Positions 1 through 11,600 of a stretch of DNA of 64,000 nucleotides are shown in pieces. Position 1 is the stretch's first letter; the number at the start of each line of letters is the position of its first letter. Under the pieces are notes generated by a model. That model was given only the letters and a program-made list of their open reading frames with translations. It did not search any database and had not been told where the DNA came from. The position numbers and the translations under genes were made by a program. The stretch lies in sequence record SRR31156797_2095. One strand, 5' to 3'.

Positions 1-904
1 GTTTTGCGCTTCTGGAAGGCGGGTTCATCTCTATCTCGTCCTCTGCTGGTTCGAGAGGGCGTCTTGTTATAAGCCTGAAAGTACGTTCCTTATTACAATT
101 GCAGACCGGAAGCTCCGGCGGGCAGATGCACTCTTTCTCGTACTCTCTGAAAACTTCTTTAACTATCCTGTCTTCCAGTGAGTGGAAAGATATGAATGCT
201 ACCTTACCGCCCACACCAACATAGCTTTCGAGCTTGCCCAGCATATCTTCTATGCTGCCTAGCTCTCTGTTTACGTGTATACGCAGTGCCTGAAAAGTTT
301 TAGTCGCTGGGTTTATCCCAGGTTTCTGTGCCTTTCTAGGTACAGCCTTTGCAACTATATCAGCGAGCTGAGTAGTGGTTTCTATCCTCTCCTCCTCTCT
401 CGCTTTAACTATGGCTCCTGCTATATTCCATGCGAAGTTATCTTCGCCATATTTCTTTATGATATTGCTGAGATTCTCTCTGGTGTAAGTGTTTACCACT
501 TCGGCTGCATCAAGATGGTCTTCCTGATTCATCCTCATATCAAGTGGTCCTTCACTCCTGAAAGAGAAACCCCTTTCGGCATCTTTCAGGTGGTAAAGCG
601 ATACACCAAAGTCTGCTAGAACAGATGTTACGGTTAGAATACCGAGTTCGTCGAGAACACGGTCAAAATCGGAAAAGTTAGAATGAACAACAGTAACGTT
701 GGACTTGCCCTCAAAGCGTTTCTTCAGTCTTGCAACTGCATCAAGGTCTCTATCAAGGATAATTAGTTTACCCTTTACAGAAATCCTCTCAAGCATTGCC
801 GCTGAATGCCCGCCGCCTCCGCCTGTCATATCCAGAACTATGCCGTCTGGATCAGCTGGCAGATACTTCAGCACCTCCCTGATCATTACCGGTATGTGCT
901 TCAT
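1..904 (-). CDS. rsmH: 16S rRNA m4C1402 methyltransferase RsmH (MraW), 3' end runs off the window
   Basis: Manual translation from ATG at 904: MKHIPVMIREVLKYLP...DMTGGGGGHS (SAM motif), ending ...EMNPPSRSAK at the window edge. Lies downstream of mraZ. Not in the ORF track because it has no stop in the window. Confidence 0.95.
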   Translation of the reverse strand, partial: MKHIPVMIREVLKYLPADPDGIVLDMTGGGGGHSAAMLERISVKGKLIILDRDLDAVARLKKRFEGKSNVTVVHSNFSDFDRVLDELGILTVTSVLADFGVSLYHLKDAERGFSFRSEGPLDMRMNQEDHLDAAEVVNTYTRENLSNIIKKYGEDNFAWNIAGAIVKAREEERIETTTQLADIVAKAVPRKAQKPGINPATKTFQALRIHVNRELGSIEDMLGKLESYVGVGGKVAFISFHSLEDRIVKEVFREYEKECICPPELPVCNCNKERTFRLITRRPLEPAEDEIEMNPPSRSAK

Positions 905-1079
905 TCTTAACAACCGCCCCGGCTACCATGCCATCTGCGCTGAGTCTGACAAAGCTGCCTTTTTCCATAAACCTGTAACACTCTTCTGCAAGAGTCTCAC
1001 GCTTAAGGTTCTCCATGTCGAATACCGACAGGTCACAACCTGAATTTACCTTTCCGGCCAGCCAAGAAAACACTGACAT
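852..1079 (-). CDS. Small hypothetical protein (75 aa) between mraZ and rsmH
   Basis: Strong SD (TAAGGAG) upstream of the ATG. Fills the mraZ-rsmH gap and overlaps the rsmH start. Confidence 0.55.
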   Translation of the reverse strand: MSVFSWLAGKVNSGCDLSVFDMENLKRETLAEECYRFMEKGSFVRLSADGMVAGAVVKNEAHTGNDQGGAEVSAS

Positions 1080-1115
1080 ATTAATGCTCCTTATGTGTCT
1101 ACTAGCAGCCTGCCC

Positions 1116-1562
1116 TTATCTTATCTTTCCGGCGAACTTCTTATAAAGTTCCGCCTTCTTGTTGTCATCGGACTTCTTGTCCCAGACAGCGGCAGGCCAA
1201 ATTTCGAAATGGTTTCTAAGACCATTCACGATACATTCACCTCTAATGCCGCACCTCTCTCGTATTTCTCCGGAGATCATAGCCCTGCCGTTTTTGTCTA
1301 TGGAAAGCTCATCCATATCCGCATACAGCAGTCTTAAGAACTCCTGAAACTCTTCGTCGTCGCTCGACTGTTCTTCCAGCCTGGCTTCCTCTCTGTCCCA
1401 TTCGGCAGTTGGATAAAGCCTTAGATGATCCCCCATGGACAACAGCGTAAGCTCATCGCTGCCATATTTGACCTTAAGTATCTCGCGAAACTTCGAAGGA
1501 ACGGAGATACGTCCGGTGTCACTAATTTTATGTTGGTGGTGTCCTCTAAAACTTCCTGCCAT
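1116..1562 (-). CDS. mraZ: Division/cell-wall cluster transcriptional repressor MraZ
   Basis: Two AbrB-like repeats (SDTGRISVPSKFR; IDKNGRAMIS...FEIW), 148 aa, upstream of rsmH. Confidence 0.93.
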   Translation of the reverse strand: MAGSFRGHHQHKISDTGRISVPSKFREILKVKYGSDELTLLSMGDHLRLYPTAEWDREEARLEEQSSDDEEFQEFLRLLYADMDELSIDKNGRAMISGEIRERCGIRGECIVNGLRNHFEIWPAAVWDKKSDDNKKAELYKKFAGKIR

Positions 1563-1563
1563 A

Positions 1564-1613
1564 TTTATACCAATTTATACCTTCTAATGACAATATCGTA
1601 CAATTCATGCCAA
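1564..1613 (-). promoter_or_regulatory. Putative MraZ autoregulatory operator: five 10-bp phased repeats
   Basis: Minus strand reads TTGGCATGAA TTGTACGATA TTGTCATTAG AAGGTATAAA TTGGTATAAA directly before the mraZ ATG. Confidence 0.55.
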
Positions 1614-1816
1614 AGTTAACAAAAAAAAATTATTTATGCAAGTGATATTAGATCTGGTCAAAGAAGCATCAGTAGGGGATTTCGCGTAAATTACGCACTG
1701 GTATTAAGGTTTTATTAAGAATCAGCACTTTTTCGGCTAGTAAAAAAAAATAAAACTTTTTTTTAGTTAACCTATTTACTAGGCTTTAAGAGGTCTGTTT
1801 TTATGATTTCGGGCAG

Positions 1817-1851
1817 AAAAAAAGCCCCGCATTTTCATACAGGGCTTACTT
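1817..1851 (-). terminator. Rho-independent terminator of the MCP gene
   Basis: AAGCCC...GGGCTT stem with an A-tract on plus (U-tract on minus), just past the MCP stop. Confidence 0.55.
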
Positions 1852-1871
1852 AATTTATTAGTATTCCGGTA

Positions 1872-4154
1872 CTAGCATCTCGCTTTTTCAAACATCTTTT
1901 CGAGATATCCTATGAGAAACTCTACCTTCTCGTGCATTAGCATGAGATCGCTATAAGCACCGTCCATATTTCCGTTTCTAACCATATCAGCTACATGGTG
2001 TGAGAGAGCGTGTACTTCTTTATGTGGAGCTTCGATAGCCTTGAAATCAGCGTCGTTCTTATACTTCTCCTGAATCTCAGCAGAGAAGTACATTTTACCG
2101 AATGCACATTCATGGTCTGTTGTAAGCCCAGTAGGAATTGTTCCACGCATATAGCCGGTAAATACGTTTTTAAGGTACTTAACGTGCGCCATTTTCGCTT
2201 TTATGAAGATTATTCCATCACATGAGAGTTCGTACTGCACAAGGTCTCTCTCAAGGGTTGAGAGGTCCTCCATCAGCTTGTCAATCTGCTCAAGGAGAGC
2301 TATAACATTATCTCTTGATTCTCCCGAAGCTGCTGCAACCTTTTCGATACTGCTGGCAACTTCTGATGTTGCGCCAGCCTGCTGTTCAGCCGCAGTAGAA
2401 GTGTTTAAAAGAAGCCCGTTGAGCTCTTCTACAGCCTGAAGAATCTCTTGAAACTTTTCATTTGCTCCTTCGCTGGCTGCTACCTGTGATTCGATATTGC
2501 CAGAAACCTCAGAAGCATTTTTATCTGCCTTTGCCACGTTCTCCTGAATAACTTTAACCATCTTCTCAATTTCGTTTGTAGAGTCCAGAGTCTTCTCAGC
2601 AAGCTTACGTACCTCGTCAGCAACAACTGCGAAACCACGCCCAGCCTCACCAGCCCTAGCCGCCTCAATAGCAGCGTTAAGAGCAAGAAGGTTTGTCTGT
2701 TCTGAGATATCATTAATAACTTCTACAACCGAGCCGATATTCTGTGCATTCTCTGTGAGTGAATTGATGTCCTGAGCCAGATTATCAACCACAATCTTCA
2801 CTTCTTCAGACTTACTGCTCGCTTCCTGAACCATAGCAGAACCATCCTTAGCAAGATTAAGTGTATCCTCACCCTTTGATGCTACATCCGCAGTGTTTCT
2901 GGAAATCTCTTCAACAGTTATGCTCATCTGCTCACCGGCAGCAGCGACCGTAGCCGCAAGGTCAACATTCTCATTAGAAGACTTTCTAAGGTCTACAAGA
3001 GCGTAATATATAGGCATAATCTTACTCAGCAAATTACCAAGTGAATATGTTGTGCTGGCTATATTCCCATCAAGGGTAGCCATGAAATCATTCATTTTGC
3101 GAGAAACTGTTTCAAGTTCATTGCGTTCCTTCTTAACAGGGATTCGTTTAGAAAGATCACCTTTACCTTTTGTCACAGCCTCAATTATGCCGGACATAAC
3201 AACAAGAAGTTTAAGGTATGCCTGCATGAAATAGTAAAGAAATACTGCAAACATAGAAGCAAGCACAAAGCCCACAAAAAGCTTTTTAAGCGCATATATA
3301 CCTGAATCAGAAAGTCTGTCAGTGAGGTCTTTGAAAAACATAACCTCACCAATCTCATTACCTTGAAAATCCTTAAGGACAGTTTTTTTAGCCATTATTT
3401 TATGGTCGTCAAGATCAATAACTTCCCCATCTTTAAAAGCTTCAACCAACTCTCTCGAGTGTTCATTAGTATAGGAATAATATACTATACCATCCTTAAC
3501 TATATCTGTTTCTTTGGTATCGAAACGTCTCGCTTTTTGGAAAACTTCTTGTTTAATACCAATAATATAATCCAGTCCGAATGTTTCCTGAATATTAATA
3601 AGTGATTTCTTGATTGAGCCGCCGTACTCAACAGTACCTATATGTTTCCCCTCATAGGAGATAGGAAAGACTGCTCTCAGCCCTGGTCCCCCTCTTCCTA
3701 CTTCGAGCCCGACAATAGGCTTTTTCTGTCTATTACCTTCAATGACTGTTTGCCTGAAAGCAGAGAGGTCATCACCGAATTTACTCACCTTATGAAGCCT
3801 TAGAAAACTTGTCGCCGGCGGAAGATGGAACTGGAACTGGGCGATGCCATGTGTTCCTTTAACACCTTTATAAAATTCAAGATATTTATCCTGTAGCCCA
3901 GCCCTGTCACCTTCGGCAAACATCTTCGCCGTAGCTTTATCACTCGCAACAGTCTGAACAGAAAGAGAAAGATCCTGCAGCTTCTGCTTAAGATTACCAT
4001 CAAGAGACTTGGAAATATTCTCCATAGTAATCTTAGTATCTTCATACAGATTTGCTCTGTGGGAAATATAGTCGTAGCCTGCTAGGACAATAGTAATAAT
4101 CAAGATCCCCGCGTAAGCCGTAATTGAAACGACCTGTTTGATGCTCAATTTCAT
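1872..4154 (-). CDS. Methyl-accepting chemotaxis protein with periplasmic dCache-type sensor and C-terminal CZB zinc-binding domain
   Basis: Two TM segments, Cache motif [15 protein letters not shown]...GDDLS, MCP hairpin [39 protein letters not shown]...C.FG...H...H. Confidence 0.93.
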   Translation of the reverse strand: MKLSIKQVVSITAYAGILIITIVLAGYDYISHRANLYEDTKITMENISKSLDGNLKQKLQDLSLSVQTVASDKATAKMFAEGDRAGLQDKYLEFYKGVKGTHGIAQFQFHLPPATSFLRLHKVSKFGDDLSAFRQTVIEGNRQKKPIVGLEVGRGGPGLRAVFPISYEGKHIGTVEYGGSIKKSLINIQETFGLDYIIGIKQEVFQKARRFDTKETDIVKDGIVYYSYTNEHSRELVEAFKDGEVIDLDDHKIMAKKTVLKDFQGNEIGEVMFFKDLTDRLSDSGIYALKKLFVGFVLASMFAVFLYYFMQAYLKLLVVMSGIIEAVTKGKGDLSKRIPVKKERNELETVSRKMNDFMATLDGNIASTTYSLGNLLSKIMPIYYALVDLRKSSNENVDLAATVAAAGEQMSITVEEISRNTADVASKGEDTLNLAKDGSAMVQEASSKSEEVKIVVDNLAQDINSLTENAQNIGSVVEVINDISEQTNLLALNAAIEAARAGEAGRGFAVVADEVRKLAEKTLDSTNEIEKMVKVIQENVAKADKNASEVSGNIESQVAASEGANEKFQEILQAVEELNGLLLNTSTAAEQQAGATSEVASSIEKVAAASGESRDNVIALLEQIDKLMEDLSTLERDLVQYELSCDGIIFIKAKMAHVKYLKNVFTGYMRGTIPTGLTTDHECAFGKMYFSAEIQEKYKNDADFKAIEAPHKEVHALSHHVADMVRNGNMDGAYSDLMLMHEKVEFLIGYLEKMFEKARC

Positions 4155-4260
4155 TTCCTACCTCGAAAAATAATTAAATTTTAACTTTACTTTGATAATA
4201 TTATACACATAAAATAGAATTAAATCTTTGTTATATAGTATTTTAACATTTTTAACGTAA

Positions 4261-5043
4261 GTGAACACTATGATTGAGAAATTTATACAATTAGTTGAAA
4301 TTGTTCGCACCCTAAGGAGCCCAGAAGGCTGCCCATGGGACAGGGAACAAGACCTACTTTCTATCAAAAACCATTTCCTTGAGGAAGCTTTCGAGCTTGT
4401 TGACGCTCTTGATAATGAAGATATACCTAATATCCGCGAAGAACTAGGCGACATAATATTCCATGTTATATTTCACGCTGTTATGGCTGAAGATGAAGGT
4501 CATTTTAACCTTGCAGATGTCCTTGACGAGGTTAATGAGAAACTCATTCGCAGACACCCGCATGTTTTTGGTGATATGGGTGAGATAAATACCGAGCAGG
4601 TGATCGTTAACTGGGAAAAGATCAAAGATCAGGAGAAGAAGAGCAAGCGTAAATCTGTTCTTGATGACATTCCCGGAAGTTTTCCTTCTATGCAGCGCAG
4701 CATGAAGATGCAGGAACGTGTCAGAAAGGTCGGCTTCGATTGGCCGGATATGGATGAATGTATGGAAAAGGTGAACGAAGAGATTTATGAGTTCAAAGAC
4801 GCCATCAGAACCGGTAACGTAAAAGATATCGAACATGAGCTCGGCGATGTTTTCTTCTCTCTGGTTAACCTTTCACGATTTCTCAAGATCAACCCGGACG
4901 AAGCACTCAGGAAAGCGAACAATAGATTTCAAAAGAGATTCACATACATCGAGCAAACCCTTATTGAAAGAGGATTAAGTTCTGAAGATGCAACACTCGA
5001 AGAGATGGAAGCTCTCTGGCAGGAAGCAAAAAAAATGGAATAA
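4261..5043 (+). CDS. mazG: Nucleoside triphosphate pyrophosphohydrolase MazG
   Basis: LRSPEGCPWDREQ, EELGD, KLIRRHPHVFG, second domain ELGDVFFSLVNLSR. Confidence 0.95.
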   Translation: MNTMIEKFIQLVEIVRTLRSPEGCPWDREQDLLSIKNHFLEEAFELVDALDNEDIPNIREELGDIIFHVIFHAVMAEDEGHFNLADVLDEVNEKLIRRHPHVFGDMGEINTEQVIVNWEKIKDQEKKSKRKSVLDDIPGSFPSMQRSMKMQERVRKVGFDWPDMDECMEKVNEEIYEFKDAIRTGNVKDIEHELGDVFFSLVNLSRFLKINPDEALRKANNRFQKRFTYIEQTLIERGLSSEDATLEEMEALWQEAKKME

Positions 5044-5135
5044 CCCTTGCAAATCTCCCCCCTCCGTACTAATATTTCCATAGACAGCTTTTTAATTATT
5101 TAATAAATTTCTTCAACGCTATAAACAGGTTACAC

Positions 5136-6218
5136 ATGAACAAAGAACTTAACACTTTTCACACAGGAAAATATCATTTCCTTGCTGATATTTGTATCGA
5201 TACAAGCATCATTAATGAGGCTATGAACGTTTTCTGCCGCATGCCTGTTTTCCCTGACAGTATCTCTCACCTTAAAGAAAATGCATTTGAAAAGACTGTA
5301 TTTTCTGAATCAAAAATTGAAGGAAACCCGGCAACTTACGAGCAGGTTTGCAGGATAACTTCTCACAACAGGGAGAATTTCTCTCAGGATATGTCAGCAA
5401 TCGAAGTTATCAACATATCAGAAGCGATCAAGCTGGTGGATTCAAGGCTTAACGTGGAGCTTTCAACTGAGCTTATTTCAGATATACACGAAGAGCTTAT
5501 CAGCTCACTGGCCAATATTCAGGACGTAAAAGGGAGCTATCGCAACGGCGGTCTTAAAGCTGATGCAAAATGGCTCACAACAGACTACACTCCGCCCTCT
5601 TCGAAAATTGACATTAATTTCCTCGTTAAGAATCTTATCGAGTGGCTTGAGAATGACCTCAAAGAGCACAACCCTATAGTGAAAGCGCTCCTCCTTCACC
5701 TTCATCTGAAAAAGATTCAGCCTTACTTTAATGCCAACGCCCACACAGCAAGGGTTATGGAGATATGGTATCTTAAAAAGAGCGGTATAAAAGTTCTCCC
5801 GTACATGCTCGCTCAGATTTACAAAGATAATAAAGACGAATATTATAAACATGTTTCGGAGTTTTATATATCCTCAGATGCTACACAATTTATAGGTTTT
5901 GTATGCGACAAAATTAAAGGTGATGTTATCACAATCAGAGATAAAAATTTCGAAGCTATCTCCGCTATGATTACAGAGAAGCACCTTGATAAGCTGTTAG
6001 AAAACAAAGCGATAATTAAGCGCCAGTACGAGCTTATAAAACTGATTAAAGATAATGATTTAAGTTTCCGACAGGAAGACCTTCAGCTAAAAACTGTATT
6101 CACAAAACTGTACGGAAAAGTGAGTAGAACCACAGTAGCAAGAGATGTAACAAAGTTGCTGAAACTCCGGCTCATAGTCGAAACTAAAGATGGCTTTTCC
6201 TTTAGCAGTGAGCTTTAG
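5136..6218 (+). CDS. Fic-domain protein with degenerate active site and C-terminal winged HTH
   Basis: SKIEGN, G.YR flap, motif IQPYFNANAHTAR in place of HPFxDGNGRxxR, C-terminal VSRTTVARDVTKL. Confidence 0.75.
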   Translation: MNKELNTFHTGKYHFLADICIDTSIINEAMNVFCRMPVFPDSISHLKENAFEKTVFSESKIEGNPATYEQVCRITSHNRENFSQDMSAIEVINISEAIKLVDSRLNVELSTELISDIHEELISSLANIQDVKGSYRNGGLKADAKWLTTDYTPPSSKIDINFLVKNLIEWLENDLKEHNPIVKALLLHLHLKKIQPYFNANAHTARVMEIWYLKKSGIKVLPYMLAQIYKDNKDEYYKHVSEFYISSDATQFIGFVCDKIKGDVITIRDKNFEAISAMITEKHLDKLLENKAIIKRQYELIKLIKDNDLSFRQEDLQLKTVFTKLYGKVSRTTVARDVTKLLKLRLIVETKDGFSFSSEL

Positions 6219-6220
6219 TT

Positions 6221-7654
6221 TTATACAAACTCAATAGAATCTGTCTCTTTATCGAAGCGAAATTCGCCCTTCCCCCGCTCTTTCCGCAGGAGTATATATT
6301 TACCTGCAACAGAGACCCTCACCTCTGGGAATACGCTTTTACCAACTGAGATAACTCCACTAACTGGTTGAGCAAGCCTCTTCTGCATAGACCTTATCTC
6401 ATTATTAACCAGTAGCAGTTCACGCCTGACATTATCACGTTTCTTTATAACTTTTCGGATTATGTCCTTCTTATCGCCCTCAATCTCTAACTTTTCGCGA
6501 CTGCCGCCTCCAAGGTAAGCATCAAGTTTACTTAACTCTTTGGAGAGAGCAAACCTCTTCGGAACAATTTTACGCATAATAAGGATATCTTTTACTGAGT
6601 GATATATAGCAACTTCTGTCTTAACGAAGCTATCAGAGCCGAAAACTTTTGCACTAATGTTATCCACAGCGAACAAGCTTCCTCCGATGATACTTCCCGG
6701 ATTGCTCTCAACAACAATAGATGCTTCCGAATATATCTCTGACATTACAATTGATTTTTTTATACTGACCACATCACCGGAAACTATGCGGGCATTCTGG
6801 ACAAATTTAGCGTAAACAGAGCCGTCAGCCTCAATATTTGCACGGTTTGTACCGCCAATAATCCCCTGTTTAGCGAGGACTGTACCTTCGGTGTAAACAT
6901 CACCTCTAATAGTTTCAGCGACAACATCTTTCTTAGCACGAACCTCAAAGCCAGCTTTGATAATCCCTTTAACTATCACCGACCCAGGAAATTCAATATT
7001 TCCTGTAGAGTAGTCTACATCTTCCTTAACGATATAAACCTCTGTAACATCTATATCTATCGTGTCGTCTCTATTCTTTTTATATTCAATAAGACCGTCG
7101 ATTTTACTTACTATCTTCCTTCCGTTCTGGTAAACATTCTGACCGAGTTTAATAACGACCTCTGCACCATCTTCACCCTCTAATGAGTTGCCCATGACAT
7201 CCATGCCGTTATGACCGTTAGTAGGCTGGATTATCATTGCAATAGGCTTCTCCTCTTCGCAAAGTGCAAGGAGCTTACGTTTGTAAGTTTTATAGTCAAC
7301 CTGCGCAAGATCTTCAGAGGATAGAATAACATCCTCCGGCTTACTTGTTCTGAGTATAAGCTCACCCGGCTGCCCCTTTACAGGTCTCTTACCCGTTGCG
7401 ACCTCATACCTATCCTTCAGCTTCATCCCTTCGTTCAGACCAAAGTTTATCTTACTCAAAAGATCATCGTCTATGCCGAATGTAACATCGTGGTCTTCAA
7501 GTATCTTATGCAGATCGGCAGGAGCAGGGTTCTCAGGTATGATCAAAAAAGCAGAAAGTTTATCATCTGAAATCTCAAAATAAGGCTTCTCCTTTGCTAG
7601 CGTAGCCTCGCCATCAGAAAACTCTGAGCCAATGATATCTTTGTCTTCACTCAT
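6221..7654 (-). CDS. FapA/DUF342 family protein
   Basis: VATGKRPVKG, VDYSTGNIEFPGSVIVKG, GIIGG repeats and C-terminal coiled coil typical of DUF342. Confidence 0.85.
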   Translation of the reverse strand: MSEDKDIIGSEFSDGEATLAKEKPYFEISDDKLSAFLIIPENPAPADLHKILEDHDVTFGIDDDLLSKINFGLNEGMKLKDRYEVATGKRPVKGQPGELILRTSKPEDVILSSEDLAQVDYKTYKRKLLALCEEEKPIAMIIQPTNGHNGMDVMGNSLEGEDGAEVVIKLGQNVYQNGRKIVSKIDGLIEYKKNRDDTIDIDVTEVYIVKEDVDYSTGNIEFPGSVIVKGIIKAGFEVRAKKDVVAETIRGDVYTEGTVLAKQGIIGGTNRANIEADGSVYAKFVQNARIVSGDVVSIKKSIVMSEIYSEASIVVESNPGSIIGGSLFAVDNISAKVFGSDSFVKTEVAIYHSVKDILIMRKIVPKRFALSKELSKLDAYLGGGSREKLEIEGDKKDIIRKVIKKRDNVRRELLLVNNEIRSMQKRLAQPVSGVISVGKSVFPEVRVSVAGKYILLRKERGKGEFRFDKETDSIEFV

Positions 7655-8508
7655 TTTATACTGTCCATAAGGATAAATGAAACTGCATAAGACGGAAGCT
7701 CGGAGACACTGATTACCGTAAGTGTAGCAACAGCTTCCACAGCTTTATCCTTTTTAACACCTAGAATCTTTACCTTAACGGAATTTCCGCCTGACTCTAT
7801 TAGTTTTTCAAAATCGCTATAACTGTCAAATAATTCTGTAATATCACGTCCGACATACTCAGAACCTATATCGAAAAATTGAACAGCAACATGGTTCATA
7901 TCTGAGATCATGTTAAAGCTATCAAAAATAACTCTCGGTCTTGGCGACTGCTCAAAGAGCGACTTATAAAAAGCCTCACCCTGCCAAGCTCTCTCCTCGC
8001 TCTCTTTATGCGGTGTTGCATCAAAAATGATTCCTAATATACCAGCAACAGTTCCTACTGATGTAGTAATCACTTTTTTATGGAGTATGTAATAGTTTCC
8101 ACCCATAGCTGAGAAATTACCTTTATGTTCAACAATTTCGCTTGCAGCTTCATTCATGAGAACAGTGTCACTGTGGGCAAACATCTCCGCTTCTTGCATG
8201 GTGAAGATATCAAAAACAGTTTTTCCGACTATATCCTTTTTCTCTCTGCTATAAAGTTTAGCTAAAGCCTCATTACAGCCGATATAAACACCATATATAT
8301 CTTTGTAATAGACAGGAACAGGGAGCATATCCAGAATCTTTTGAAAAAAGTAACTATTGTTTGTAATGCATGAAAGGTCACAAAACCCGTCACCAATTGT
8401 ACTTATTAATATATTGCTTAGCTCAGTACGGCTCACCCCTTCCTCTAAAAGGTTTAGAGCGATGCTAAGGTTCTCAATTGCCGAATTTTTATCATAACTT
8501 TCTTTCAT
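7651..8508 (-). CDS. PAS domain-containing protein (two PAS domains, no recognisable output domain)
   Basis: ILDMLPVPVYYKDIYGVYIGCNEA...IVGKTVFDIF and a second PAS (YKSLFEQSP...). Confidence 0.8.
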   Translation of the reverse strand: MKESYDKNSAIENLSIALNLLEEGVSRTELSNILISTIGDGFCDLSCITNNSYFFQKILDMLPVPVYYKDIYGVYIGCNEALAKLYSREKKDIVGKTVFDIFTMQEAEMFAHSDTVLMNEAASEIVEHKGNFSAMGGNYYILHKKVITTSVGTVAGILGIIFDATPHKESEERAWQGEAFYKSLFEQSPRPRVIFDSFNMISDMNHVAVQFFDIGSEYVGRDITELFDSYSDFEKLIESGGNSVKVKILGVKKDKAVEAVATLTVISVSELPSYAVSFILMDSIK

Positions 8509-8614
8509 AATACGCCTCTTAACAACTAATATACACCGAGTTTCAATTATTCACACCTGGAATCATACATCAATTTCACTTGTGATTTTACCAGTTTTGA
8601 AATAATAATATCTA

Positions 8615-11600
8615 ATGAAATTCAAATCTCTCGTAGTGCAGGGCTTCAAATCTTTTGTGGACAAGACCGTGATTGAGTTCCCAGGCGGTATCACAGCCGT
8701 CATCGGACCTAACGGCTCAGGCAAAAGTAATATTCTCGATGCCATCCGCTGGATTTTCGGTGAGCAGAGCGCGAAAGAGCTTCGTGGTGCTGACATGGAC
8801 GACGTTATCTTCTCCGGTTCCCAGCACCGTAAACCTACAGGATTTGCCGAGGTTTCTCTCACTCTATCAGAACTTCCGGAAAGCTTAACAGCGAAATGGG
8901 GCTCTTTCAGTGAGATTACCGTAAGCAGAAAACACTACCGAACAGGGGACAGAGAGTACCGCATCAACGGTAAAAAATGCCGCCTGAAAGATATACGTGA
9001 GATTTTTTACGATTCTGGTATCGGTGCAAGGAGCATCTCTATCATCGAGCAGGGGAAGGTTGAAAAGATAATCCAGTCCTCACCGGAGGATCTGCGTGCC
9101 TTCTTCGAAGAGACAGCAGGCGTTATGCGCTTCAAAGAGCGCAAGAAAGAAGCGGAGCGCAGGCTTAACCAGACTAAAGACAACCTTAGCCGTGTGACGG
9201 ACATCCTCGCAGAAATCCGTGGTCAGATGGAGACTCTCTCTGTTCAGACGGAAAGAGTTAAGAGATACAGAGACCTTAACATCAGACAATCTAAACTTTC
9301 AAAAGCGGTAATATTTCATAAATTCAGCAAATCATTCAGCGACCTGAGTGAAGTAAATGAAGCTGTAAACAAGCTGAAAATAGACCTTTCCGGTCACACA
9401 GATAAATTTTCAAAGATGACAAACGAAGAGACAGAGGTCGCTTCGAAACTCTCTGAAGCACGCAAAGAATTCAACAGCAGAAACGAGTTCATACTGAATG
9501 CAGAGCAGGAATCCGGTCGCACAGAAGCTGATATCAGACTTCTCGAACAGGAGATTGATGCAGCAGAAAAGAGTAAAGATTCACTCCACTCTGATATAGA
9601 GTTCCTCCAAAATAAACTTACAGAACTAACAGACAGGCGTGTAAACGTTCTCGAAAGCAAAACCGAACATCAGGAGAAGCTCGAAGAGGCAGAAAGCAAG
9701 ATCGAAGAATTTAATGAGCGAATAGCAGATTACGAAACCATGCGTGAGGATATTAAAGAGGAGATGTTCGCAGTAGATGACCAGTATCTTGAACTGGCGC
9801 AAAGAGCATCCGACACCAGAAACGCTATATTCGAAAACGAGACCCTCCTCACCCGCTCGGAAAAAGATAAAGAAAGACTCTACTCAGAGAGAGAAGAGAG
9901 CGTAAGAGACAGCGAATTCGCCAAAAAGAACATTGATGAACAGACGCAGGATGTTGAGAGATTAACGGCGGAGCTTGAAACTATCTCTGAAACTCTCGAA
10001 TACTACACTAATGAACACGAAGAACTTCGTGATGAAATATCTATCATAGAGACCGAGCTCGGCGACAAGCGCATAGAGCTTAAAAGCATCACAAGCCGCA
10101 TGGAGATGCTGAAACAGGCACTTGAGGCAGAATCAGCAGGTGATGACATCAAGCAGGCGATGGAATCCCTCGGCGGTACGCTCCTTTTACCTAAGCTTTC
10201 AGAAGAGCTTATGCGTGAGCTGGGTGACATTATAATTATTCCCCGCTCCTCAGAAGCTGACATACCAGACATACTTAAAGATGTGAAGCAAGCAGTGCGA
10301 TTTGTTTACAATGATCAGGTTGATGACTTATTGTCTTTCGCCAGTGAAAATATTGATGCATCAGGCGAAATAGTCAGGAATGGCTTTATCCACAGAAAAC
10401 CCGGTTCAGATGATAAGCGTGAAAACGTCCTCCGGCTGAAAAAACAGATAGAAGGGTATGAAGCTGACTTCGAAAAAGCTCAGACAGGCTGCCTTGAGCT
10501 TGAAGAGAAGCTTCCTGAAATGGTAGATAAACTCGAGGTTATCGCAGATAAAAAGGATGAACTACTCGACCAGAAGCAAACAGTCACACTGGATTTGAAA
10601 GATAGAGAGCGCAGCTTAGAAGACATCAGGTCAAAATATGAGCGACTCGCAAAGAGAGCATCCATAATCGATAGTGAAATAAATAATATCAACAATGAGA
10701 TAGATAGAGCAAAAGATAAGATAGAATACCTGAAAGAGCAAAACAAAGAGCTTTCTGTGCAGATAGCTGACAAAGAAGAAGAGAAAGAAGCTATGCAGAG
10801 CAAGCTTGAGGACATCGACAACATGTATGAGGATGTCCGTGACGAACTCTCTTCCTATCGTGTGGAGTTGAGGGGTATACAGGAGAAGCTTAACGCTGTC
10901 ACAAGTGAGCTTCGCTTCATCGACAAAGATTTAGACGAATCTTCAACTAAACTTACAGCTACCAAAAACAGGCTCTCACAACTGATAACAACTGACATAG
11001 TGAACCTTAAAGACAGCCTCAATAAACGTAAGTCTGATTTTCAGGATATCATCAAAAAACGTCAGTCACTAAACGATGAAAAGCTGAAACTCGACCACCA
11101 GATAGCTGAATATGAAAAGATACTCTCAGATCAGGGGAGCGAGATTGACAAGCTAAACCTACATATAAAATCTATCGAAGACGATATATTTGACGCTGAA
11201 AAGAAGATGGAGCGTTACCAGACAGAAGTCGCCGCTCAGTCGGAAGCCTTCTTTGAAAAATTCGAAGAAGATATACAGACATTTGAAATGGATTTAACTG
11301 ACTTCCAGCCGAATAAAGCAAAGAGTGAGTTATCCATTATCGACAGAGATATAGAAGCTCTCGGACCGCTCAATATGGCGGCTGAGAATGAATACCTCGA
11401 AGTCGTGGAACGTAATGAATTCCTCACAGCGCAGAAGGACGACCTCGAAGAAGCTGTAGCATCAATCTATGAGCTGATCCGCGAGATGGACGAAAATACT
11501 TCCGCACTCTTCCTCGAAACTTTCGAAGGGGTTAAAAAGAACTTTAACCGTGTATTTTCAATACTTTTCGGTAACGGTAATTGTGATCTTAAGCTCACCG

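Noticed and set aside
1597-1613. Sigma-54 promoter upstream of mraZ (TTGGCATG...)
   Set aside because: The -12 element does not match (GTAC rather than TTGC), and the sequence is better explained as part of the 10-bp phased repeats.
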